Source of the DNA: the human T2T-CHM13v2.0 reference genome, Homo sapiens
DNA: 64,000 nt
Direction: 5' to 3' (one strand)
Assembly: GCF_009914755.1 (NCBI RefSeq)
Contig: NC_060926.1
The notes below the pieces were generated by a model, which saw nothing but the letters and a program-made list of their open reading frames with translations, was not told where the DNA came from and ran no database searches. A program made the position numbers and the translations under genes. Each line of letters starts with the position of its first letter. The first letter of the stretch is position 1. Shown here piece after piece: positions 30,130 through 50,319 of this stretch.

Positions 30130-30610
30130 ATACTGTAACAATGGATATAGTTCAATATACATTTGTCAAAACCATAGAATGTACAACACAAAGTGTAAAC
30201 CTTAATGTAAGCTACAGACTTTAGTTAATAATGTATCAATATTTGCTCATTACTGTAACAACTATATGACACTAATACTAGTATTATTGATAATGGAATC
30301 TGGGGTGGGGGAAGTGAAGGGGAATATGGGAACTCTCTGTACTTTCCACTTAATTTTTCTGTAAACCTAAAACTGTTCAAAAGATAAAATATATTAAAAA
30401 TAATAACATGTTTATAAAATTTGGGTGATCATGATATGCCAGTATAGGTTGATCAGTTGTAACAAACATGCAACTCTGTGGGCAGTGTTGATAATTGGGA
30501 GCCATGCTTGCGGGTGGGAGGAGGTGGTGGTGCATATGGAAGTCTGTGTACCCATCTGCTCAATTTTGCTGTAAAGCTAAAACTCCTCTTAAAATAATAA
30601 AGTCTAACAA
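30130..30610 (+). mobile_element. Two adjacent old L1M 3' ends
   Basis: Both end in ..ttttctgtaaacctaaaactg / ttttgctgtaaagctaaaact plus an A-rich tail. Confidence 0.7.
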
Positions 30611-30925
30611 ACATTTTTAAGCAATGTACAAACCTAAAAAAATGTTTATTGTAGAAAATGCATAATGGTATACAAAAAAGCAAAAAGAAGAAAGTAAAAA
30701 TTACCTTTAAGCCTACTTTCTCTATTACTGGATGATACCACATCCATTACTAATGTGTGACTTGTTATTTCTATATAATAATATCATAACTATTTTCTCT
30801 GTCATTAAATGCTATCCTCCAACGAAATATTTAATAATCATATGCTTTGAACTTCTTTATCTTGATGTAAATAAAATTTCTAAGCTTTCCTTTGACTTGA
30901 ACTTCTGCAGCCTGAATAAACTCAT

Positions 30926-31233
30926 TTTGTTTTCGTTTTCCTTTTCCCCCAAGACAGGCTTCTCACTCTGCCGCTCAGGCTGCAGTGCAGTGGTGTGATC
31001 ATAGCTCATTGCAACCTCGACTTCCTGGGCTCAAGTGATTCTCCGACCTCCACCTCCTGAGTAGCTGGGATCACAGGCATATGCCACCATGCCCAGCTAA
31101 TATTTTTATTTTTTGTAGAGATGAGGTCTCCCTGTATTGCCCGGGCTGGTCTCTAACTCCTGCCCTTAAGCAATTCTCCTGCCTTGGTCTCCCAAAATGC
31201 TGAGATTACAGGTGTGAGCCACCATGGCAGGCC
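30926..31233 (-). mobile_element. AluJ
   Basis: gatcatagctcattgcaacctcgacttcctgggctcaag diagnostics; TSD cctgaataaactcattt / cctaaactcattt. Confidence 0.92.
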
Positions 31234-31426
31234 TAAACTCATTTCTTTTACTACTTTTGAAACCAACATCATTTTTTTCTTGGTACTTACTTCTGAGATC
31301 TTAATATCGCTTTCTCAGGATGCTTTAGAACAAGTAATGTACAATATCTTCTGACTTTCTATATCATAGTTTCTTCACACAGTTCTTCACATAGTTCTTC
31401 ACACAGAGTTCTTTTTCTTGTACTAG

Positions 31427-31923
<497 letters not shown>

Positions 31924-32146
31924 TGATGCATAATTTCCATAACATATGATATGTTCCTGGCTTTACTACTTGGATTTATTTAAGCCAGATTCCTGGGGTT
32001 GGAGGCTGGCTAGAAATAGCACTATACAGATTCTGTCTGTAAGAACATCATACAGCATACCTGAAGAGATACACATGGATTGAAGTGGTCCAAGTGATGG
32101 GCCAAAAGTATCCATTAGTTCTGGCTTGTATTGTTACTGAGAAGTG

Positions 32147-32620
32147 TCAATCTAAAAGGAAAAAACTGAGGACAAATTAATAAAGAGTTTATTTAAGCCA
32201 AGTTTGAGCACTGCAACCCAGGAGCCTAGGGATTCAAGTTGCTCAAATATATGCTCTGGTTAGCAGCAGTTACAGCAATTACAAGTGGTTATATATATAT
32301 ATATATTTTTTAGAGACAAGGTCTGGCTCTGTGCCCAGACTGAAGTACAGTGGTGCAATCATAGCTCACTGCAGCCTTGACCTCATGGGCTCAAGTGATC
32401 CCTGTGCCTCAGCCTCCTGAGTAGTTAGGACAACAGGCACAAACATGCCACCATGCCCAGTCGGGAAAAAAATACCTTTAAACAGTCATGCCTGCACATG
32501 GATGCAGGAAGGGATTGAGGTGTGTGGCTGAAGTCCCATACTCCTGTCTCTCTGGGCCTGACGAATTGTGCACACCTCACAGAGCTCAGACTGCTCTGAG
32601 CTGTATTTCTTTTCTCAGAA
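32147..32620. mobile_element. LTR-like fragment interrupted by an Alu monomer (~32300-32462, minus)
   Basis: agagtttatttaagccaagtttgag is typical of MER4-group LTRs; Alu arm with (TA)n/T tail. Confidence 0.55.
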
Positions 32621-32878
32621 GTCAGCAATTATTCTTGATATTGTTTACCTCTACGTAATGTGCCTTTTTTCTGGTTGCTTTTAATATTTTCTCTTTATCA
32701 TCGACTTTTAGCAGTTTGATTATAAGATGATGCAGTTTTGTGTTCATCTTGCTTCATATTCATCAATTTTATTACATTATATTTTTCATTCAATTTGGAA
32801 AATATTGGACCAATATTTCTTTAAATGTTTCTCTGCTCCAATCTGTTCCTTCTCCTTCCTCCTGATTATCTATCTATC

Positions 32879-32978
<100 letters not shown>

Positions 32979-33244
32979 CATATGTTTCATGGGTCGCTGA
33001 GGCTTCATTCACTTTTTTTTCAATCTTTCCCTTCTCTGCTTCAGTTTTCCATAGTTCTTGTGGCCTGTCTTCAAGTTTTTGCTTCAGTAATGGTAAACCT
33101 ATCTTGTGATATTTTCATTTTATATGCCATATTTTTCAGTATTATAATTTCTATTTGCTTCTTTTTTTAAAGATTTCATTTCTCTGTTGAAATACTCTGT
33201 TTTCTCAATATGTTCATGTTTTTCTTTAAATATTTGAATATCTT

Positions 33245-39357
<6,113 letters not shown>

Positions 39358-39740
39358 AATATTCAGCACCCCAAAGGTACAATCCACAAATTCTGGCATC
39401 CAATAAAAAATTATTAGCATGCAAATAAATAAATATTTGAATATCTTTATCATAGTGGTTCTAAAATCCTATCTACTAATTTCACCATCAGGGTTATTTC
39501 TTGTTCTATTTCTATAGGCAGGTTTATTTTCTCCTACTGAATATTTGGGATTGGCACACTTGGCAGTTAGCATAACCTCACATTGGGCTATCATAGTGTA
39601 GATGGCCAGGTGGAAGCGTCTAGAACTTTCCACATCCCCAGCCAAGAAGGATTATCAAAACCAGTATTACATCCTGGGTTAGGGAGACAGTATGGGGGCA
39701 GATGGCAGAAATTAATATCATTCATAAGTATCTAAGGGGA

Positions 39741-40022
39741 GGCCGGGCACGGTGGCTCACGCCTGTAATCCCAGCACTTTGGAAGGTTGAGGTGGGCAAA
39801 TCACTTGAGGTCAGGTGTTCGAGACCAGCCTCGCCAACATGTGAAAACCTGTCTCTACTAAAAAATACAAAAGTTAGCTGGGTGTGATGGTGCGTGCCTT
39901 TAGTCCCAGCTACTCGGGAGGCTGAGGCACAAGAATCACTTGAACCCAGGAGGCGGCAGTGAGCCAGGACGGCACCACTGCACTCCAGCCTGACTCTGTC
40001 TCTGTCTCTCTCTCTCTCTATC

Positions 40023-40056
<34 letters not shown>

Positions 40057-40071
40057 ACACACACACACACA
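39741..40071 (+). mobile_element. AluS whose 3' end is a (TC)n(CA)n microsatellite
   Basis: Alu body; TSD aagtatctaagggg / aagtatctaaaggg. Confidence 0.93.
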
Positions 40072-40370
40072 AAGTATCTAAAGGGAAAATACTTTTGTCA
40101 GGGCTCGCATTAAGAATTCCATTGAATTATAAGCTATGGCTTCTGCCTTGGTACTTGGGCAAAAATGAAATGTGTGAAGATTCAAAAGAGGGGCATAAAT
40201 ATAATTGCAGTTGGCATTGAGACATAAGAAAATATAAATAACTTTGTGTCCACATGTTTAAAAACCTAATGATATGAACAAATTCTTAGAAAACATAACT
40301 TACCAAAACAGACTCAAGAATAAATAGAACATCTGAATGCTCTTATAATCATTTTTGCTATTGAATCGGT

Positions 40371-40711
40371 TGTTTTTAAAAGTTTAACTGAATCTGCCTC
40401 CTTATGTATTTTAAGTTCAGCGTAAAGGTTTCTCTGTACATAGTAAACTGTAACCTAACTGGATGGGTAAACAAATTGTAACCTGCTCTTGTGTTCAACT
40501 GCCAAGCTGTAATCAATCTGGGTGTTTCTGTACCTCTCTTCCATTTTCTGTATATAACTTTCCTTTTACTGTCCGTAAATATTTTTCAACCAAACAGCAG
40601 CACCGGAGTCTCTCTGAACCTGTTCTGGTTCAGGGCTTTCTGATTTGTGAATTATTCTTTGCTGCATTAAATCCCATTAAATTTAATTTGTTTAAAGTTT
40701 TTCTTTTAACA
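40371..40711 (+). mobile_element. MER57-like ERV1 LTR inserted in old L1 ORF2 sequence (~40240-41040)
   Basis: TGT...AACA termini, TSD cggt/tggt; taaaggtttctctgtacatagtaaactgtaacctaactggatg. Confidence 0.75.
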
Positions 40712-41049
40712 TGGTAATTAAGAGACTTCTCAAAAGTAAACTCCAGCTCAGAAAGTTCTATATATGAATTCAATGAAACATTCAAGGAACATACATATTC
40801 TTAAACTCTTTTTAAGACTAGAAAAAGAGAAAATATCCCAAACTAATTTAATAAGCCCAATTGAACCTTGCTAACAAAATTAGACAATGACAATATCAAC
40901 AAGGAAAACCATAGGCCATTTTTACTATGTGAAAATCCAAAACAAGGTATTAGTATACCAAATCAAATAGTATATAAAATATAAGCAGTTAAAGAATGAA
41001 AGAACCGTTTAAGATTTTTAAAAATATATGAATATAATTTACCCTTTTA

Positions 41050-41865
41050 TTACTGCATAATAAAAAACTTATTTGCCTTTGTCTCAGATTACTAGCACAG
41101 AGCTCCTAAAACCCTTGGATTTTCCTGAGGGACAGAGTGTCTTTTGTTATTCATAACGAGCTTGTTTCCATCATACCTGAGTTCATGCTGAGGTGACTCA
41201 AGGCAGGGCCCCTAGATAGCTTCAGGATGGGAGCTTATCATCAGAAAGACAAAGCTTGGGATCTGAGCGTTACAACTTTCAGCCTTACACACTCACCCAC
41301 TCAGCCGCCCCACTTTTGGGGAGGAGAGGGAGGCTGGAGATTGTTGAATCGCCACTGGCCAATGATTTAGTCAATCATGTGTATGTAATGAAACCTTGAT
41401 TAAACACTTTGAACAAGAGGCTCTGGAAGCCTCCAGGTGGGGGAACACATCAATGTGCTGGGATGATGGTGCACACAGAGCACATGTAAGCTCTGTGTCT
41501 TCCCTGGCCCCACCTACACACACTCAATACCTGGCCCTACTCCTGTCTTCCATTTGGCTGTTTCTGAATTGTATTCTTTATAATAAAACCATAATCATAA
41601 TTATAAAGCTTTCCTAAGCTCTGTGAGTCATTCTAGTGACTTATTAAACCTGAGCGGAGGTCATAGGGAACCCCAAATGGATAGCTGGTCAGTCAGAAGT
41701 ATGCATAACCTCCAGGTCTTACCACCAGTGTCTGAAATGAGGGTGGTCTTGGGGGACTGAGCCCTTAACCTGTGGAATCTGCACTCATTCTGGGTTGTGT
41801 CAGAACTGAACTACATTATAGGACACCCAGTTGCTGTCAGAGAATCAAGGAATTATTGGAAAGAC
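41050..41865 (+). mobile_element. MER21-like LTR
   Basis: gcacagagctcctaaaacccttgga..ggccaatgatttagtcaatcatg..ctgtgagtcattctagtga. Confidence 0.75.
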
Positions 41866-42103
41866 ACTTCACTGGTTAACAAATTAAAAAAGAAAAATTA
41901 CGTGATCATCACAAAAAGTACAATAAGAAAACAGGTGGCAGATCCTTTAGGGCTGACCTTGCCAATCAGCTTGCCCAGATCCCGTATCTATGTACATAGT
42001 GTACCACAACCTTTGGTTACAAGTGAACCAAGTCCGTGAAGGGCTTCTGAAAGCCAGAGCCCCTAAGCTAACTTCTCTAACTTCAAGCTGACTCATCCAT
42101 TTT

Positions 42104-42273
42104 TTTCTACTATCTTGTATGATTATTATACTTTTCTACATGTGCTGTCATGTGACAGTTACAGGTTTATAAAAGTAGATGAGCTTTTTATTTCTACTAT
42201 CGTGTATGATTATTATAATTTTCTACACGTGCTGTCATATGAAAGTTACAGGTTTTTAAAAGTAGATGAGCTT
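42104..42273. repeat. Two-copy tandem duplication, period 87 bp
   Basis: tttctactatc.tgtatgattattata...aaaagtagatgagctt starts at 42104 and 42191. Confidence 0.92.
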
Positions 42274-44544
42274 CGCTCAGAGAGTTAACTCTTTTGTCCT
42301 GTTGTTCTACCCTCTAATAATTGCTATGTAAGATCTATTGGTTTCATTTGACTAGAGCTTATCTATTTAAAACTTTTTAAACCTGTAATTACTAGGAATT
42401 TCTCTTTTCTTCTCTCCATGTCCCAAATTAATGTGACACAAGAATCATGGGTAAAAGTACCCCAAACTTACCTTGATTGGGCTGAATCAAGGCAAAGATT
42501 GAGGAAGTGGAGTATTAGCATGTCTATTTGACCACTTACATAGTCATACCCTACAATATAATTGTTCTCAGTAATCAAACTGATATTTTTATCTCCATTG
42601 GTTTGAGTGCTACAGAACCTAAGAGGGAAAGAACTATTTTACTTATTAATCTTTTAATATGCCAATACATATAATTTTTAAAATAAGGGATTATTCTGAC
42701 TTAAAATAAATAGATGAGACAAAAAGAAATGCAGGTTCCCCAATAATTTGCAAACTATTCACCTATTGCAAATATTTCCATAAATAGCCCCCTCTTCTGC
42801 TCTTGTTCTCTCTAATTTATGACTGGAAAATCTCCTTGAAAACTCTTTCATTTACCAACTCCAAGCTAAGCCTCCTGCCCTCCTCTCTTCTGCCTTATAC
42901 TGACCTGTGACCAGTGTCAGATGGGCCTCTTAGAGCAAACCTTTCTGCTCTTCCTTCACCCTCTCCACTGTCTTCACACACTGTCCATGTGGAATCTTTC
43001 TTTCTTAAAGGGCATAGATAATGACTGTGCCCCATGAACTGAAGTCATGGTTGGTGAGTTTTCAGCCTCCATTTTTTTCAGTTTTTCAATTGCTGTTGGC
43101 CAGGAGCCCCTTCCAAAAATCAACACATCATGCCTCTATTCTGGAATAAGCATCTTCCAGGTAACCCTCAAATGGATCATATTTTGAGAATTGCAGGCTC
43201 ACTTCAGTTAGCAGGGCATTAGCAAGCTATTCTCTTTCTATCTTCTTCAGAGGTGTTTATTCAGTGGCTCCTGTCTGTGAAGGGTGTCTTCAATCTGCAG
43301 TCTGAAGGAAAGAATCTCCACCAGCCATATTTTTGCCAATGCTTGTCCCATTGTTTCTTCCTTGCCACTCCTCCAAAACACACACATACATTCTATACCT
43401 CTACTAGCACCCACTATAATCACTGTTTCTACATTCACAGATGCAAAATGCCTTTATGTTCAGAGATGGTTAACATTTTCTTTTTGTCACAAAATCTGTA
43501 GGTTGCTTTTTGGATTTTTAGTAATAATCTTACATAGAATACACTTACATAGGACATGGTTCCTAGCCAAAGACATCCAAAAGGTTTGCTCAAAAACATG
43601 TCTTGTTGGGTCAGCCTTTATTAAATCCTCCCCAGGAGCCGATATTTTGGGAACAAAATATTACTGGTAAAGAGAAGCATGTGAAGTTTCCAAAAGCAAA
43701 AGTGTCTGTAACCAATGAACAGATAAAATTTCAAGGCCTATAGAGTAAAGCAGCTGTTAGATGATTTACTGGAAAATTCCTCCAAAACATAATAGAGGCT
43801 GCCCACTACAAAGGAAATATTTTTCCTTCAAGTGCATAATATTCAAGTTCAATATGTTATGTACTCAAATTACCTCTCTATTAAAATCTGGGGTTTTCAC
43901 GATAACCTCCACCATGGGGACTTGATTCTCATTCCATCCCAATGAAAAGCCAGGACAGCACTGGTTGGTGTGAGATTCATGAGGTGAGTTCCAAACTCCA
44001 GAGACTCATTCCTTTTGTGCAGCTTCCAGTATCAATAACACAGGATAGGACTTCATTTCCCAGGCATATAAGTGACTCACACTAAACTAGACAAATTCGA
44101 TAACCTCTCACTTTCATTTAGAGAAATGATCATAAAGCTGCCAGTGGGGCACCATGTGATTTTCAAGGCGGGCAGCACAATTGCAAAACAATACTTGCAG
44201 GAATCATAGAGGAAGAGAACAATTGTTTCCAGCACCTCCCTTATCTCACTATATGGACAGACAGTGCATAGAGGGACATTCTCAGATGCCACAGCACTTG
44301 AGTGTTTTGGTAAAGTCCTGATGGAGACCAGGGAAAGCGGCAAGAGAGGGAGGTGTGCAGCACACAGCACAGTCACTGCTCCACAGCACCAGAGATCTGG
44401 AGGCACACGTGGAACCAAATGGGCCAAAAAAAAAAAAAAAAAAAAAAGGAATTCATAGTCCTCAGGCCAAGAATTCTCCATTTAACCTCATTCTTGACTC
44501 TGCCAACCCACGCGATCATTTATTAGGAGTTAACAGAAACCTTT

Positions 44545-44825
44545 AGGGAGAGATTTGTTAAGGGTTACAGAATCAGAGCAAGGGAGGAGGAATACGTTTC
44601 TAGTGTTCTATACCACTGTAGGACTACTACAGTTAACAATATGTAGTTTCAAATAGCTAGAAGGAAGGATATTGAATGTTCCCAACACAAAGAAATGATA
44701 AATGTTTGAGAGAATGGATATGCTAATTACCCTGATCTAATCATCATACATTATATGTATCAAAACATCCTTACATACCCCATGAATATGTACAATTATT
44801 ATGTGTAAATTAAGAAAGAAAGAAA
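44545..44825 (+). mobile_element. L1MA 3' end
   Basis: gttcccaacacaaagaaatgataaatgtttgag..taattaccctgat. Confidence 0.85.
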
Positions 44826-47225
44826 TCTCTTGGACTCCATGTAATGTATTTACGCACAGAACACATTCTGGCTCAAACTAGGAGGTGGAGGTCTCCAACT
44901 GTACAAAGGGCACTATTGCACTTACTAGGGGTAAGGATTAGAGCTTTCGATCTACACAGGAAAAGTAGAAATGGCAGTCAAGAGCCACAGTGATGCAAGC
45001 TGAAGTCAAACCAAGAGGTGTTCCCTGCCACTTGTCTCTTATTTTGAACATGCCAACTAATTGCAGCCCACCCATCCATCCTTCCTTGTGCCAGAGGTGA
45101 GGGCTAAGCCATTGCTGCAGAAGTCCTCTTCAGCAGATAGCTGTTTATCTGGTCCTTGATTAATGGTAAGGGGGCTGCTCCTAGCTTTGTTTGGATGTTC
45201 AGACAGCAAGAGAGGACACTTGGTTTCAATATGTATATCTATTTGATTAAACCTCCAGCTAAACAATCCTGTTTTCCCTAAGAAATGAACATGGAAATGG
45301 TCAAATGTCCACAGGAACATTGGTACAGGAGGAGTATGTTCAATAATCACAAGATATGAGTCAGATGTTCAGAGTGTGATTTTGATATGAACCTTTATTG
45401 TGGGAGAGGGAGGGAGGGTTGAGCTATCTGAGAATCAGTTCTGGCTCAGTCCCTTGAGCCTGCTTGGGTGCGAAGGTTTCAGTTCTGTGTCAGTGACTCA
45501 GCTCTACTCTGTTCAGGGAAGATAAATTAGGTGCCACGTGCTTTACTCTTAGTGAAATAGGTTATTTTGGGGGAAATATGTGGAAAGTTACTTTTTAAGA
45601 AATTCCAGTGAATATGAAGGGCTCCTATCTGAAAAGATGCACATTTGGCTTGTTGTGAGAATTTTTTCCTTCCTTATGAAAAACATCTTGTCTTCAAATT
45701 TGTCTGGAACTGTTTACTACATTGCCCTTTTGAGTTGCACCAATAAGAAGGGAGTCAAACACCATTTCCAATAATACTCTGCTCAGTCATAGTGACAGTA
45801 TGCCCCTGCCTCCCACGCTGCCACACCAGTCCCAGCCGAGGAGCACCTGTGAAGTCTGTTCTGCATCACAGCAGTAAGCAGTCACAGGGCCTATTAGTTA
45901 TGCACAGCAGGAGAGACCTTGGGGTCAGTGTTAGAGTTATGTTTTTCATATGCATGCTAGACAGCTTACATTCTGCACTCTGGTGGCGTGCAGATGTCCT
46001 GGAGAGTAAGGCTCCTTTGGTTCCCTCACTTTTCCTTTTGCTAATAGACCCCAGGCTTTGTTCAGGGATCAGGCAACAATATGCTCATGGTAGTTAGGCT
46101 GTCTCAGAGAGGAGTCATGGATCATCCATTCCCCTTTGCCTGTGAATGGCGTAGGGATCATGCCAAAAAAAGAAACACTGCTTAGGGGTTTGGAAAAAGT
46201 ATTTTCTTCCTAGTAAAAGAAATCTTGGTATGACTGAGCTGCTAAATCAATCCACCCTGCAACCCTAATTTTGGACTTCTTGTTTGGAGAGATAATAAAT
46301 TCTTTATTGTTTAAACCCCATTGGATATAGTGAAAATTTCACCAAAAAGCATCCTAACTGGTCCTCACGGGTAGGAACCTGAATTTATTTCAACTTCTGG
46401 AAGACTGTTATGAGCCACAGACTGTCAACTCCTATACAAGCTGAGAAAATAAGCATTCATGGTAAACTGGGGTTATTGAGGAAATTGCAGTTGAATTTGC
46501 TCACCTGTAAAATGGGAATATCAGTAGTAACAATTTCAAAGTCTCATCCTGATGATTAATTTAACCCAGGCAAAGCTCTTAAAGCAGTGCCTGGCACATA
46601 GAAAAGACACAATTTAATTATCAAGTGTTGTTATAGAGATGAAGAGGCAAGAAGGATTGATCACTTGGGGCTAAATTAGGGATACCAACTAGGAACAAAG
46701 ATACTCACTTGCAAAGAGAAAGATGATGGCAGACACTCTGGCATGGCTGGCTAGTAGTAAAGTAATATAGAGGAGATCATAATTACAGTTTACCAAGCCC
46801 TCTTCATCATGTTCATTCCCTTTGCATGAACACAATTTCCTCAATACCTACAGTTTACCATTAATGCTTATTTTTTCAACTTATATAGGAGTTGATAGTT
46901 TGTGGCTTATAATACTCTTCCAGAAATCGAAAGTAAATTCAGGTTCCTACCCCTGAAGACCAGTTAGGATGATTTTTGGTGCAATTTTCACTATATCAAA
47001 TGGAGTTTAAACAATAAGGAATTTATCATCTCTCTATACAAGAAGTCCAAAATTAGGGTTGCAGGGTGGATTGATTTAGCAGCTCAGTCATATCAAGCTT
47101 TCTTTTATTAGGAAGAAAAGCCTTTTTCCGAAGCCCCATGTACTCCCACTAACTACATGGGTGAGCTGGCTGTGACTGCAGCTCTCATCCAGAATTTGTC
47201 TCTAGGGTTGGTTTAGTTCACCTGG

Positions 47226-47681
47226 TGTGATAGACTGAATAATGAATGACCACTGTCCCCAAAGATGTCAATGTCCTAATCCTTGGAACCTATGAAAATG
47301 TTAATTTAGTTCAATGATAAAAGGGACTTAGCACATGTTATTACATTAGGGATCGTGAGATCGAGAGATTATCCTGAATTATCCAGGAGAGCCCAAGATC
47401 CTTATAAAAAGGAGGAAAGTCAATACTAGGAGATGTGATGATGGAAGCCACAGACTGGAGTGATGTGAGGAAGGGGCCACAAGCTAAGGAATATAGGCAG
47501 TCTCTAGAATCTGAAAAAGGCAAGGAAACAGATTCCCCCCTAAGCATCCAGAAGGAACACAGCCCTGCCTACAGATTGACTATAAACTTCTGACCCCTGA
47601 ACTGTCAAGGAATACATCTGCATTGTTTTAGGCCACTAAGTTTGTGGTAATTTGTTACACCTGCAACAGGAAATTAATATA
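47226..47681 (+). mobile_element. MLT1D-like MaLR LTR, flanked by older MLT1 pieces (~46960-47200, ~47720-48330)
   Basis: ccccaaagatgtcaatgtcctaatcc..ggaaaaaggcaaggaaacagattc-like..ccactaagtttgtggtaatttgttaca. Confidence 0.8.
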
Positions 47682-48807
47682 CCTGACTAACCAGCTGAGA
47701 CATGATCCCTAATTCCCTTTGTTAGTTTGTATGTTTCTGCTGCAAGTAACAGAAGCCTGAACTCAAAATAGTTTCTGCAGTTAAGGGATCTATTGTCTCA
47801 CATATTAAAAACAGAGTAACAGAGTCAGGATGTTACAAGTTGGTTCATTCAACAGCTCAATGACATCATCAAAGATCCAGGGTTTTTTTTCCCCAAATCC
47901 TTGCTTTGTTTTTTTTCAGCACAAAGGTTTATCTTTTTGGGTTGACCCACTCATGGTCAAATGTGGTTGCTGCAGTTACACTCATGGTCAAAAGTGGTTA
48001 CTGCAGTTCTAAGCACTATATCTTTACACGTTAACGTCTAAAAGTTGGAAGAGAAAACCTCGTCTTTCCTGTGTCATTTTCAAAGTACCAGGAATATTTC
48101 CCAAGAAGTCTCCCGGTAGGCTTTGCTTCTCACAGCATTAGCAAGAATGGAGTCATTCAGCCATTTCTAAACCAGTCGCTGAGAGAGGCATAGAATCAAG
48201 ATCCACCTCCTGGGACAACTGAAGGGCTGGCCTCTTTTGAAGGTTGTGGTGGCCTAGTTCATGGCTTGTGTTAGTGAGTAAGAAGAGGGGAGAAGGATGG
48301 CACAGTTAGCAAATAGCAATGTCTGTTATACACCCTCTTCAAGGTTCCTTGTGAGCGGTCAACCTTACCAGACAGAACAATCTTCCAAGGTAGATGAGGG
48401 CTGTCTTTTAGGCAAGGAGTTCAAGTGTCTATAATTCTCACTCTTTTTGCTTAGGATCTTCTGACTAATGAAACACATTCATTTAGTTTATATTTTTATT
48501 TGCATAGGGTAAGCCCTAAATAAATGTTTACCAAATTCAGGGTCAATATTTGTGCCTCCAGTGATATTATTGTATTATTGTTTGATTCTCAACCATGTGG
48601 GCTGATATTTACAGTCTATTGGAGATTTCAGGAGGCATAGATACATAAAAGTAAAAGTACTAACTTTCACATAACATTTTCTTTGTGCCTGTCATACTTT
48701 ACATAATTCTTTTAACCTTAGCTATAGGAAGTGGTACTGTTTTTAATTCCCATTTTATAGATAAAGAAATCTAGGCACAGAGAGGAAAACCATTGCTAAT
48801 CCACAAA

Positions 48808-50014
48808 TTCCTAAAGCAAAACAATTTTCTTCACAGCAGTATGTTGTTTTAATTATGGCTATATTTAAATGGATGAAATGTCTAGAAAGAAAATATTGGT
48901 AATTTATCTGGACGACTCCAAATACATATTTGATATGGTACCAGGAAAAGAGCAATTAGAGAGCCACCCCTTGCCACTGCTTAACCTTTCCCAAAGGGGT
49001 GGCTCTCTAATTATATTTTTAAGAAAGTAATAAAAATTTAGGAAATACATGTCTGATACATGATATAAACTGCAGGGAGATTGTATCCAAAAAATTCTTT
49101 TAGGTGTAAAATTAAACAAAATAAGCAGCATTCAAACCTAAATGAAGGGCTGACAAAAACAAAATGAAAAGTAATGTGTATGTGGGAAAGAAACCAACAG
49201 AAAAATATAAACTTTATAAATTGTGGCATAAAACTCATCAACTAGAGGGAAAATGTGAGATTTCAAGTAGTTGATTTAGAATCAAAATCCTTTGGCTTTC
49301 CCTAGTTGGAGACCAACATTTTTAATGGTTTTTATATGTTTGTATAACTATGTTGACTATTCTCTACACTAACCTCTTCTTTCAAAAGTATGTATGGAAT
49401 ATTGTGCTATAACCATTCCAGACTTAGAAGCCTAGACCCTGTTTTGGCTAGTGGGCTTTCCCAATCACTGTTTATCCATTTTACTGCTATTGGTTTTAGG
49501 TATAATAGAGCCAAATGTTTTCATCAATCATTTCATAAAGATAGGGATAGTAATAAACTTCATGTTAAATTTACTGATTCCCTCTAGGAGAGATAATTAT
49601 GCCTGAAAATGCTGGTATCATTATGTTGGTTGGCACTGTAAGGGAAATTGAGATGGTTTTAAATAATCTACTGAACAGTAGGAATTTCTATACTGAGTAA
49701 ATAAAGATTTGTTTTAAAAAATTCCCCTCATCTGAGTCCTGTTAGAACTAGACTATGTGATACAAAGTAAACCAAGGAATGCCTTCAGGAACACAAAATC
49801 CTGAAACACACAAAGGGAAATAAAAGGCTAATTTATGGTAAAATACAAAGCATAAAACACAAAAGTTCCTAAAGCAAAACAATTTTCATCATAGCAGTAC
49901 ATTGTTTCAATTACAGCTACATTTAAACATATGAAATGTCTAGAAAGAAAATATTGGTAATTTATCTGGATGACTCCAGATAAATATTTGATATGGTACC
50001 AGGAAAAGAGCAAT
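48808..50014. repeat. 149-bp dispersed direct duplication (48808-48956 and 49866-50014)
   Basis: Ungapped by-eye alignment with 14 mismatches. Confidence 0.93.
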
Positions 50015-50319
50015 GATCCAGATTTTCTTCTTTTCAGAACTTGACTCTAAAACTGTTCTTGTTATAACTTTAAGGAGTTGGTTAAAATAGTTCACTGATA
50101 ATTACGAATGTACTTCCTCTTTGCATTTAGTTTCCCCGGCTGATTTATTCTTGCCAAGCAGTTCTGAACACATGATTTCCTCTGAATCTCTAGATTTTAA
50201 ATTGACATTTCTATGGCATGCTGAATCATTGCGGGTCGAGTTTTAATTAGTCTCAGGCCTTTGGAAACCAATTCGGCAGAATACACAAGAGTCCTACAAT
50301 GTTTGGGTATCTGACCCAA

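Noticed and set aside
47948-48008. Short direct repeats as a CRISPR-like array
   Set aside because: Two adjacent copies with no spacers, in eukaryotic DNA; a simple tandem duplication
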